This document shows positions 51,615 through 64,000 of a stretch of 64,000 bases of DNA, one piece after another. Position 1 is the first letter of the stretch. Each line of letters begins with the position of its first letter. This DNA is from Perna viridis. Its lineage: Eukaryota. Where the stretch lies: positions 8,990,001-9,054,000 of the forward strand of contig CM074511.1 of the NCBI GenBank assembly GCA_037379345.1, in the 5' to 3' direction. A program made the translations under genes and the position numbers. Under the pieces are notes generated by a model, which saw only the letters and a list, made by a program, of their open reading frames with translations, ran no database searches and was not told the origin of the DNA.

Positions 51615-54600
51615 GTTTTACTGTACTATATTAGTTACAGAAGTGACACAGACTTATAGCATTAAAGCATTGCTATAGATTTCATACTAATATAGAGAAT
51701 TTATTCAACTTTTGAAAAGTCTGCAATTGCAAAGAGTAACAATTTCCTAAGCTGTGTGAAAAGTTATGGGGTGAAAAGGAGGAAAGGATGTAATGCCCAT
51801 TTAACCCTATACTGAGTCTTAATTCATTCTAAGTTGTGACAGGTTAGTATTGAAATAGTGAGTTACGATAAAGTTTTGCCGTTACAGAGATGAAAAGCTG
51901 TGATTAAATAGCGAAGTCAGTATTGATCTTTGATACAGAAGCTTCTTCATATGGTGATTATAAACTGATAGATAATAGTGTAATTATTTCTGATAATAAA
52001 GTGTTGCAGAATTGAAATTAGAAATGGTTTTTTGGTTGAAGTCTGGAAAGCAGTTTTTTTTTAAATCGTGATATTTCATGTAATGAACTGTGTCAGAATG
52101 ACATTAGCCAAGGTCATATCAAAGATTGTTTGCTAGTTTCATGAAAAGCTCATAGAATTACTGATAGTTGTTAAATATATTCCTTTAATTGCATTCTTTC
52201 CTGTCCCAGAAACCAATAAATGTTTTGAATTTTAAAGGCCATCATTTTTATTAAAAGATTCTGTATGCTCTGTAGAGAGGGATTTTATGTAGTAGGAAAT
52301 TTATTATTGTCTCTTTTTTTTTTGTTTAACATTCACTTTCCTTTTTGATGACTGAATCGTGAAATTGATAAGCAATTGATTTAAATCTTCAAACAAACAA
52401 GAATCCTGTGTTTACAGACATTCTTCTGTATATATACAATGCTCACTGGAGCCATAAAATAGTGCATCAAACAGAACTACTAGACCAAGAAAGGAATGAT
52501 ATGGGTATTGATTTACATTATCTTGTCCTATTCTCACCAGTGTCTGAGACAAGATCAACCTTCCTCCTAAACAGTAATATCATATGGAATATCGACATGT
52601 AAACTAGATATTGATAATGGTTTGGTCTTCTCTTAGACAGAAACAAGATGATGGTCAAATTAAAAAAAATGTGATATGCCAACTAGACAACTAATCTTTA
52701 GTAAGGCTATTTAGCTCTCAGACAGGGTAAGAAGCCTGGTCAAAATCTGATTGGTCATGATATGTCAAAATCTGAATGGTCTATCCCATAGATAAATACA
52801 ACAAGTCGATGGATAGGAAAATAGGAATATTCTTCAGTATTTCAATTATAGTAAACTCATATTTATAGAAAATCTTAAGCAAGGATGTGGAATACAGATT
52901 TTGGTTAAGTAAAGCACTGTATAATTGGAAAGTTAATTACAGCCACCACTATAGATGTGTCCCTAACTTGAACCATGTTGATTCTTCTTCAGACAAATTA
53001 AAAAGATGACATGTAAAAGCTATTGAGATAATAAGTAAGCAATGAGTCTGATAAAAATGTCATTTTTCTATAAACAGGAAAACTGGCATGCGATAAGTCA
53101 TAAAAATTATAGATGTTTTTTTGTGTATAATGTGCATTTAGATGTTCCATGATATTCTAACAGGTACCAATCGTATAACTATTGCACATTCTGGTATGTT
53201 GTACATGTGTTTCAAGCAGTAACCTTTTGTCAAGGAAGAGTTCAAAATTAAAAAAAAAAATATATACAAAACCTACTATATCAAAATAGCATGCTAAATA
53301 CAGACTTCATAATGAAATTAGAATGTGCAAGCTTGAACCAAATGGTTTTTTTAATTTTAAAATAAATGACTGGATTCTTGATTGCAATTTTATTCAAAGG
53401 CTAAAAAATGTTTTGTCTATTTTTCTCTTAATCTCTATATAATAGTGTACCACACACTGTTCATCCATCCATATATCATAGAAACACTTTCAGGTTTTTA
53501 ATATTTTGAATTGTAGTGATTGCTTTAAGTGAAAAGGCAGTTGGTTGTCCATGTCTAAATCTTGTTTTAAAAAATTGTCATACAGTAGTGATTAGAAACT
53601 TGTGTTCTTAATTTACTGCAATAGCAAGATTGAAGTAAATTACAAAGAAGGCACTACAAATTTCGTAATATAGGGAAATAACTCTTTCTTCTGTGCATAG
53701 TTTAGTTGATTGGATAGGGAACTTTGAACATATATTATGAGTTATCCACTTTTAAAACAGAAATGTCATCATAATGAGTTTAACTATACATTGGAAAAAA
53801 AAATTGGTGGGATTTAATTTTGTCTGTGCTACCCATACTGTAGGATCTGCCTGCTTTCTACATGGACAATTTCTTAAATATATATATAATTTTTCAGTAT
53901 GACTGATGCAATCAGAGAGATCCTGTTCAAGTAAGACTAAAAAATTCAACATTAGAAATGCAACTGTAAGCTCACTTGTTTCAGAGATTTTAACAATGTT
54001 TCCTGACAAGTTGCTCATTAAACTTATTTTTCTTTGATGATAATTTACATCTACTTTCATTATTTCTTGATAAAATTAACTGGGATAGCAGTTGAAAATA
54101 GAATCAGTCAGGTAATCACAAATAGATGTATGTGTTTCTGCCTTTTATTTTAAGTATTATTGCGACTTTGAATAGTAGGGGGAAAGGCTGTCCATTTAAA
54201 CATTAATATGTTGTAACTAAATTTTGGACAGAATTCACATGCCCCTCATTTATAGTTAAACAGGCAAGGATCATTAAGGTTGCCACTTTATCCAAAGATG
54301 GAAGAAACGTTTATTTTTCTCTGACTTTTTTCATTCTATCTCTCTCAGTTGTAGCCAGTCTTTGTTATCTTTCTCACAGTAATGACTGAAGCAGGCCTAA
54401 TTTGGTTAAACTTTTCTTGACCTACAAAATCAATTTTCAGATCAGGAAAGTCATCTTATTTCTTGTTGCATGCACCTTAAACTTTCCTTTTTTTATTGAA
54501 TTGTCACCATTACAGGCAATTTCCTCAGTCAACTTGATTAATGACCATAAATCTGAGTCCTGACATTTCATTGGACATACATGGCTACTATGGAGAATTA

Positions 54601-55640
54601 ACTCTGTCTTATGTCCAAGAATTATTCATCTAATTTCACAGGAACTTGATGAAGGAAGCTGTAATTAGATATAGATCACCACTGCATGTCTGTTTATAGA
54701 TACAGAAAAAATCTCTTATTCAATTTACCCAAAAAAATTAGTTTTGTATATATTGATGAGTATGGAAGAAACAGGAAAAAATACTGGAAAAATTGTCATT
54801 TGACTGGCCATTGATTATTTGTCAAGTACAGAGAATCAGATGAATTTGTTCATTAGCCCTCTCTCTCTCTGATACCAAATTATCGTTTGCATTCATTTCA
54901 TATGAATTTAGAACCACATTGTTAATACAAACTTTATTTTTTATCCTCGGTTTTTAATGAAATTGCCAAAATTAGTTAGCTGGTTGTCAGGGCTAATTCA
55001 AATAAATGGATCAGAATTAGAAATTTTGTCTTTGTCTCGCCCATTGAGTAACAAAACAGATTGTTGAAGATGCATTACTCAACATGGAGGAAATGATATT
55101 TGTTGATCTCTCATTATTTCTTCCAATTAGCGACTCATGAAAAAAAGAACAGGAATTTAACAATGAGCAGAGATAGCCAATGATGAATGTTTGGTAAGGA
55201 TTAGTAACCATACAGAAGACAAACCATAATTACATTTTATAATTAAGATTATAACACATGACTTGATGGAATCTGAATCCATCAAGTGAAAGTGGCGTTG
55301 CCAGTTTGGAAAGATGCAAGTGTCAACGGCAATGAATTTGTGACCAAGATATGGAATGAGTCACTGGGATCCTAACAGAATTTCGATGTCCTGTCATATT
55401 GTGATATGTCAGGCTTGTCAAATCAACAGATATTAATTTATGGGTAGTAGAGAGCCAAATGTATTATTTCTAACAATTAGTCCAGTCATTTCTGGAAATT
55501 GCATATTGGAAAGAAAAATCATTTTCAGTATTTTTATTGGATTAGACATGTGAATTATCCTATTCTCAGCCAAGTTATGGTGTTATATGCTTTACATGTT
55601 GACACCCCTTTGGTAAGATATGTCCTGTATATGAATATAT

Positions 55641-55698
55641 ATGATTGATTGTTGGGGTTTAACGCCCGAACAGCAATATTTCAGCTATATTCAGGTGA
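55641..55698 (-). mobile_element. Possible SINE 3' end fragment with (AATC)n tail
   Basis: The minus strand reads ..GGGCGTTAAACCCCAACAATCAATCA, which resembles recalled mollusc SINE tails. The match is short. Confidence 0.4.
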
Positions 55699-55710
55699 TG
55701 TATATGAATA

Positions 55711-55773
55711 AAATGGTGTTATATCCCCTTGTTGATGTTAGAATGGTGTTATATCCCCTTGTTGGTGTTAGAA
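55711..55773. repeat. Tandem duplication, 30 bp x 2
   Basis: AATGGTGTTATATCCCCTTGTTGRTGTTAG occurs twice. Confidence 0.9.
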
Positions 55774-58700
55774 CTGTCGAATATAAAGTGGTTTGTCTCT
55801 GTATATATGGGAACATCTACATTTTTATTATAATCAGATTTTTTTCCATTTGATGGTTTTTTTTTAATGTTTGAAATGAATTTATTAACTGACTATTAAA
55901 CTCTTTATGGCATATGACATGTTTCTGTTCTATTGTCTGACTTTCTTTTATTTTATTTATGTTTTTCTTATTTAGAAAATAAATTCAACAAAAGCTCAGA
56001 AATAAAATTATACTATTATTTACAGGCTGAGATTACAGCAGATGTATTCATTGTTTTGTTGAATTCAGAGAGAATGGAACTTTCTCTTTGTATGGTCAAA
56101 CCACAACAGTTAATTAATGACTCTTCTTGTTGCTCTGATCAACTGTAAACATCGATCTTTTCAGAGTTTGATAGAAATTTAACCTTTCAAAAAGGTTATG
56201 AATATTTTAGAATCTGCTTAAGTGCAATAATAGAGCAGACAAATGGAATTAACTGGGAGAAAAATTAAATGCTTTGACAATAGCACTTAAACAATTGAAA
56301 TCAATAATCTGTCATCTTGTCACTTGACTTTCATGGATAAAAAGATGTTTTCCACCCAGTAGCTGGATTCCATCAGTTAGTGCTTAAAACAGGAAATGGA
56401 TGTGTAGTAGAAATCTCTGATACATGGATGAATTATTTGCTTTGTTATTGTTGCTGATTTGTTAAATGATATTCATCCATCACTGGACTTTTCTTTTTAG
56501 TCTTGAAATATTGCACGCTTCTCCAAAAGTTGCCATAGATCAACTGTAACATAGTTAAATTTATGGAAGATAGGAATAAGGCCATACATCTTATTGCTTC
56601 TAATGACTTTAAAATAGTATTTAAGGTTCAGTTTAGCTCAGTTTGGGATATATAATGAAGGTGCATGTGTTTTATAAGTTATTAGTTTAATTTTTGAAGT
56701 AAAATTTTGCTTGCTTCTTTGGTAGATCATATTTTGTTGTTTTACTAGATTTACACAAGATAGATGCATATTAAATATGTTATCTTTTTGTCAAGTTTTC
56801 TTTTGTTTGATGGGTGTATCAATCTGGTCTCTATCGTATCATAATCAACTCTCAGATAAACAGAATTATTGTTCTTGATGTAACTCAATTTCTTGTAATG
56901 TCTCCATGCAGTCTGAATACAAATTGAAAATACAGTGTTTTACGGTAAATTACTGAAACTGACCAAGTTTGCAATAGAAATTCTAACTCCATGGGGTATC
57001 TATAGAAAGATAATAAAAAATTATAAGTCAAGAGAAATACATCATTGTCAAATCTAAATGACACTCAAGTCTAGTGTTTCATTTATGACAAAGAAATAAT
57101 TAATATCTAGGGAGTTTATGAAAATAGTTTTGAATTGATTGGGTCATTACTTGTTTGTACTTGGTGAGGAGTTTATGTTGTATTTAGATATGACATAATT
57201 CAACAAGAAAATTGCTAATGCTGTAGCTGAACAATATGACAGCAGAAAGTCATAGATAATACAATCTCAATGTCTCCTTAAGTTTCCAGCATCTTAAGGC
57301 ATAAAAAGTTGTCACAAAATCTCCAATTGTGCAGTGTTGACCTTCTTTACAATAAATGTCAACCGTTCCAAAGATTTCCTATGATTTCAATGAACCGTTA
57401 TTTTCGTGTCACATGCTCAAAACTTTCACAGAAACTCAGATTAAATAATCATTGGCTTAGGAAGATCATCATGAAACTGTATAATTCGCCTTTCTATGTT
57501 TATATGTCTTTTTCCAACTATTCTGATTAAACATGTTTGTTTTGTCTGATATTGCTGATTTAGATAGTAGTCTAGATCATCTGAGTGTTTATTAACTAAG
57601 ACGTTTTGACAGCCATGTCAAAGATTTGTGTGTATCAAGTCAATACAATATGTCTAATAAGTTGCCATTCTATCAGTATTAATGTTGGGAGCCGTGTACA
57701 TGATCCTTTCCGACAGATTTATCAATTTCTTATTTAATAGCAGAAAAATAGACATCATATAGAAAATATTGATGTTTTCTGATTAAGGGGAGATAACAAA
57801 TATCATGATACAATGATAGTGTAGGATTGGAACATCATATATTGTATTATATAGTATTACTTTTATTGATGATATAGACAGTATTGTACCAATCAAGGAA
57901 GTTAAGGTTATCATAACTAAGGTGTAAAACAAGTACAAAGAAAGGTTATTATCTATTATTTCTTGAAAAATTATTTTCTCAATAGTTACAACAATGCATT
58001 CTTCTTTATGGAAAAAAACATTGAACAAATATCTATAGTAAGTTCATCTGAACCGAGCTCGTGTTTCTGTAATGTCAAGTTCTATTACAAGGTAACTTAA
58101 AAGCACTGTAACATTTTCTGAGCTAGCTTACAAAATTGTATGAGAATATAACAAAGATCTAGAGATAATTTTCTCTTTTCCCATGATTGCTCCTTGTTGT
58201 CTGACGCCATAATTGTATGTTTACTTGTAGTACAATCCTATTCTAGTTTTACTAAACCTAACTTGACTTTGTTGGCACTTTATATACATTGTCAATAATA
58301 ATTGTCTGTTGCACTGTAACCAAGTTTAATATCGGTTGTTATTAAATATGATGTGGTGATCTTGGCTTTTTTGTACCTTACACATGCTACAGTTGAACGA
58401 AGTGCAAAGGTATTCTAATAACTCATCCAAACATTTTATGTTTATTTGGAAGTAAAATTTCCTATTATATTCTGTAATTGAAATTAGACATCAGTATCAG
58501 ATCAATTATGATTAAGTAAATCGTGAAATTATAGCATGTTTAATCACCATTAACATTTTTATGATGTCCTAATCAATAGTTGAAAGGCTTTGAAGTTGCG
58601 GAATTTAGCCTTTCATATCTGTATTTAGATTTCATTGTTTTTTTCTCTCATTTCCTTCATAAAGATATTTACTTTTAAATTTTAACTTGCTATCAGTAAT

Positions 58701-61664
58701 GGTAATTTGCACACCATCTCAAGATTTTATCTCTTCAAGTGTAAAGGAGGAGGGATGATAAAGTTCTTATTTAGCCAGAAGATTCCAGTCATTTTGCTTT
58801 ATCAGATTTTTCTATTGAAAATATATGATCTTCCAGAATTACTAGAAAACATTTTGTTCAAAGCTGACATAATGGAGTTGTTATATCACCCATAAAAACT
58901 TTCTGTCTCCTAAATGTTTTCAGTGTAAAACTATACATAACAAATCTATGATTGTTCAGTATTTTACTCCCCATTTTCTTGAAAGCATCTCTTATCATAA
59001 CTAGTGTTTCCCTTCCTCTTTGACAAAGAGTTTAACTGACAAAAATTTTAAGTAAAGATTCTTGAAGCCCAGGAAGACTTGCCAATTACAGCAACAAATT
59101 ATCAGAGAATGATTATCATAGTCTTAAAATATATTCCTTTTCTATCATTCTTTCCTGGAGATCACTTTCTATGGTGAGTGGGGGATGTTAAGGTATAAAT
59201 GCTTTCATAGTTGTTTTATAATGTAAATTGTTCAAAGCTATGCAGGATGATCATTTTTTCAATGGCTAATTGGAAACCTTTTAGAGCAGTGTTGCTTATT
59301 TCCTGTTCTGAATTAGTAAGATAGGTGAAAAAAGTAAATTATGGGATAATTTTGTATCAAAGCATCACCAAAGGTGTCAAACCTTAATTTTCTCTAATTT
59401 TATCAAAGTAATTTCTTCCCTTTATCAAACTTTCACCAAAGATTGTTATTTAAGATAATGTTAATGGAGAAGATCGTCATTAAGCAGGAATAGATATGGA
59501 TCCTGTTATATCATATGTAGTGTCTGTTTCCTTGGTACGTCTTGTAAATTTGAAGCTTTTTATTTCATGACATTTATTTTAAGTATTTGTGTAAGATAAT
59601 GTCAGTGTTATTGTCAATTGAAAGAGTTATAAAAAACTATGTTGATCACCTTTAGAATAAAGTCTTTGTATTGAAGTTCTTCCTTGACGATATACACCTG
59701 AATCCCTTCTGATGATGTAGTTCAAGGTAATTGTTCAGAAACAACAATCAATGAAACCTTGAATTACAGTGTTTTCAGGAATCCAAAGAAAAAGGAAGCT
59801 CCTGTAGATATTTACATTGAAAACCATATAAAGTTTCAATTAAACTCATGCTTGCAGCATTCAATTACCGGCAAATGTTACCCGAACCAATCCTGATGTT
59901 TCATATGACATGTTACTAGAGGGATGTTACTCTTGCCTATCTTAATGTTGTTTTTTACCATGATTTAAATTATTTAGCCTATGAGAGACACTAATTACTA
60001 TCAATAATTAAGTATTCTTCCATCAGTGGAAGTACCAAACTATAATTGCATTGTCTGAGTTCAAATAAAATTGATAAATAAGACATTTATTTATTCCTGT
60101 GTTCCATTTCAGCCTTAAGGCAGTCATCCACAGCAGAATTAAATGTTCTATGTTCATGTGAAAGATTTCGTAATCCGGCTCAAATTAACAAAAAATATAG
60201 AGTAGTGGAAGTATGTAGTCGTAATGTGGACTATTAAATTGGAATTGTGTTTTAACTAAATTCAATTTAAAATGAATGATGTTCCAATAACTTCAGGATA
60301 TGTTTTGTGCAAATGTCAATCAGGATGATATAATACAGAACTGTCGACTCAGCAAAATAAATGTACTCATTGTAGCAGTTTTATTTTTCAATAATATCAG
60401 CAGAATCTGAATAAAAAAGGTGTACAATGAGAATTTACTTAAGTATACAAAATTAAACAGATATTTAAGAAGTATCTTTCAAGACATTTTTCTACCAATT
60501 GAAATCCAAATAAATTTACATTCAAATTAGGAAAGGATTAAGACTTCTGGGGAGTCAAAGAAACATAGACAGAATCAATTAATATGTTGCATTGAATATA
60601 TGCACAATAAACAAAATAAACAAGTAAACCAGATTCCTATTACTATGGAAAATACCTTCTTTCTATTTATACATGTATTACTGAAAATGATAATAAATAA
60701 CATGGTCATTGGTATTTAACACACTTCCTCTACTTAGTTCTCCACAATGGTGAGGTTAATGACATTATAAACTGAGAGGAAAATCACCATTTATAAAGAA
60801 GCAATCAGATTTGCCTTGTTTTAAAATATCCTTTTTAATCTTGTTCACAACAGCTTGTAAGCTCAAGACAATTGCTAACTGCCATAGATAGAACATTTAG
60901 ATTCTGATGATAAAAATTGTGTTTCAGCCTGAAAAAAGGGTTTAATTTTACTTGCTCATCAGTTTGCAGTTTTATAGGGTTTTATTGCTGATAAATATCA
61001 ATTTAACTGTCTATGGAAATGTTGATGTATGTTTTGGAGCCACAATGAAGCAAATGTCTACAGTGAAGCATGATCAACTGTAATTGTTCTTCCTTTGGTA
61101 CTAATCTTCAGGGAGTCTTCTCAACAGAACTCATTTTCTTTGTAGTAATGAGATATGCATATCTCTACCATTAATCTGTGAGTATTCCAATAGGTGTCTG
61201 GTAATGACTCCCAACATGGAAACTGACCCGCAAACCTACCAATTAACCCATAATAGGTTTGAATAGGACTGACCCTCATGGGTGCTGACCAATTCATGAG
61301 TAAGAATCAGCAAGTTAGATTTACTCTCCTCTGTAATCCATTAATTGGTCATACATCTGTATAATCTGATTTCATCTGATAATTAGCATTGATGGCTCAT
61401 TGTAAGGTTCCTCTACCCATATTTATAAGTTTGATAATCAGAATGGACACACCTTCCCTGGATTAAATTGGAATGTTCTTAATCCTGGATAAAAGTGGGT
61501 GTTCTGGTGCCATAGGACATCTTGGCCCTGCGTTGGATATGTTCCGTTACCATGGGACATCTCAGCCCTGAATAGAGGATGTGAAGTTGCTATGGGATAT
61601 TTCAATTTTTGATTACCATATGTACAAATGTTTTGCATTTTATATCTATGTACAAAATATCATT

Positions 61665-63149
61665 TGGACATCACCATCCATGATTATAATGGGACATCAC
61701 AATCCAAAGTAAAACTTGGATATCACAATCCACAGTAAAACTTGGACATCACTATCCAGGATAATACTGGGACATCACTATCCAGGATAATACTGGGACA
61801 TCACTATCCTGGGTAATACTGGGACATCACAATACAGGGTAATACTGGTACATCACAATACAAGGTATTACTGGAACATCTCAATCCTGTGTAATACTGG
61901 AACATCATAATCCTGGGTAATACTAGGACATCACAACCCTGGGTAGTACTGGGACATCACAATCCTGGGTAATACTTGAACATCACAATCCAGGGTAATA
62001 CTGGGACATTGCATTATTAGGTAATACTAAGACATTACATTCCATGGTAATACTGGGACATCACAATCCTGAGTAATACTGGGACATCACAATCCAGGGT
62101 AATACTGGGACTTCACAATCTAGGGTAATACTGGGACATTACATTCCTGGGTAATACTGGGACATCACATTCCAGGGTAATACTGGGACAATACAATCCT
62201 GAGTATTACTGGAACATCACAATCCTGGGTAATACTGGGACATCACAATTCTGGGTAATACTGGGACATCACACTCCAGGGTTATACTGGAACATCACAA
62301 TCCTGGGTATTACTGGGACATCACAATCCTGGGTAATACTTGGGCATCATAATCCAGGATAATCCTGGGACATCACAATCCTGGGTAATACTAAGACATC
62401 ACAATCCAGGGTAATGCTGGAACATCACAATCGTGGGTAATACTGGGACATCACACTCCAGGGTAATACCGGGACATCACAATCCTGGGTAATACTGGGA
62501 CATCACAATTCTGGGTAATACTGGGACATCACAATCCTGGGTAATACTTGGACATTACAATCCTAGGTAATACTGAGACATCATAATTTAGAGTAATACT
62601 GGGACATCACAATCCTAGTTAATACTGGGACATCACACTCCAGGGTAATACCGGGACATCACAATCCTGGGTAATACTGGGACATCACAATTTAGGGTAA
62701 TACTGGGACATCACAATCCTGGGTAATACTTGGACATTACAATCCTAGGTAATACTGAGACATCATAATTCAGGGTAATACTGGGACATCACAATCCTAG
62801 TTAATACTGGGACATCACAATCCTAGTTAATACTGGGACATCACAATCCTAGGTAATACTGAGACATCATAATTCAGGGTAATACTGGGACATCACAATT
62901 CTGGGTAATACTGGGACATCACAATCCTGGGTAATACTTGGACATTACAATCCTAGGTAATACTGAGACATCATAATTCAGGGTAATACTGGGACATCAC
63001 AATTCTGGGTAATACTGGGACATCACAATCCTGGGTAATACTTGGACATCACAATCCTAGTTAATACCGGGACATCACAATCCTAGTTAATACCGGGACA
63101 TCACAATACTAGGTAATACTGAGACATCACAATCCAGGGTAATACTTGG
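61665..63149. repeat. Satellite array, about 57 x 26 bp (CTGGGACATCACAATCCTGGGTAATA)
   Basis: The 26-bp period is read directly. The left edge is degenerate and the right half is more homogeneous. Confidence 0.98.
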
Positions 63150-63420
63150 CCTTACTGTAGAAGTGTCAAGAAAATGTAGAAGAGTTTTACCTAAATTTCT
63201 GACATTGATATAAGCAATGCAAAGAGCAAGAATCATTTCCCCAATTACTTTGAAAGATGAAATGTAATTTTTTCTTAGTGGATATTTAAGATTGAGAATG
63301 ATTGTGTATAGGAATGAGTAAGAATACAAGTCACAATATACTTTTTATATAATGCAGATTGATAACAAAGCAGTGTACTTATATTGTTGGAGAATTAAAA
63401 GTTATTACAAAAAAAGGACT

Positions 63421-63581
63421 TGGGATAGTCCCTGGAATGCTGATTGAAGTTTTGAGTCATTGGGATAGTCCCTGGAGTGCTGATTGAAGCTTTGAGTCAT
63501 TGGGATAGTCCCTTGAGTGCTGATTGAAGTTTTGAGTCATTTGGATAGTCCCTGGAGTGCTGATTGAAATTTTGAGTCATT
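63421..63581. repeat. Tandem repeat, 4 x 40 bp (TGGGATAGTCCCTGGAGTGCTGATTGAAGTTTTGAGTCAT)
   Basis: Read directly. Confidence 0.96.
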
Positions 63582-64000
63582 TTGCAGTATTGAAATAACT
63601 TAATGTACTATAATATTTGTACTTTCTGGTTATGTTTATGCTTGTCCGTCATATTTTATTCAATATTAAAAATTGTTTTACCTCTTAGTTCTAGTTCCAG
63701 TGCATTATGGGTACTCATGTTCATGTATTCTTAAATCTTGAAAATTTTCTCATCTTGAAACTGGAAATATCATTAATGATTTCTAAGAGATGTTTTTAAT
63801 GCTTTTAGTGTAAAGGTTTTAGAATGAAAGTTAATTTGGCTTTTAATTAAGTATTTGTCTTTGCACCAGTGCACTAATGTCTATGAAATCATTGTGTGTA
63901 TTCATCTGCAGAGCTTTATGTTGAAAACAATTTAGTTGAATTTCATTAAAGTTTGGAAACCATTCAGTGGAGAAGAGTAATTATACTTGCTTAATGGTTT

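Noticed and set aside
1-64000. Remaining 60-105 aa ORFs, conserved miRNAs, tRNA/rRNA and TGCATG (Rbfox) enrichment
   Set aside because: The ORFs have intron-like F/L/I/K composition and no recognisable domains. I recognised no known RNA gene by eye. The TGCATG excess can be explained by CpG decay to TG/CA.

Overview
AT-rich, CpG-depleted eukaryotic DNA with no credible long ORF. The repeat families resemble those I recall from bivalve molluscs (inference). The T-rich + strand and the splice-like signals suggest one or more very large introns of a + strand gene. Supported content: (i) seven minisatellite or satellite arrays (20, 61, 25, 65, 21, 26 and 40 bp units), three with higher-order structure; (ii) non-autonomous Helentron/HINE-type elements, one apparently complete at 28457-29345; (iii) three 5'-truncated remnants of a Penelope-like retroelement whose ORF stops just after the RT C-terminus (Naiad-like), sharing a putatively structured 3' RNA module; (iv) a TA-ended MITE and a long palindromic element; (v) one candidate exon near 32.3-32.4 kb, downstream of a CpG-retaining CCAAT/AP-1 patch. 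There are no prokaryotic genes, CRISPR arrays or recognisable tRNA/rRNA. I cannot demonstrate a new biological system here. The best leads are the Penelope-like 3' RNA module (with an aligned TGA/TGT codon) and the nested-acceptor exon.
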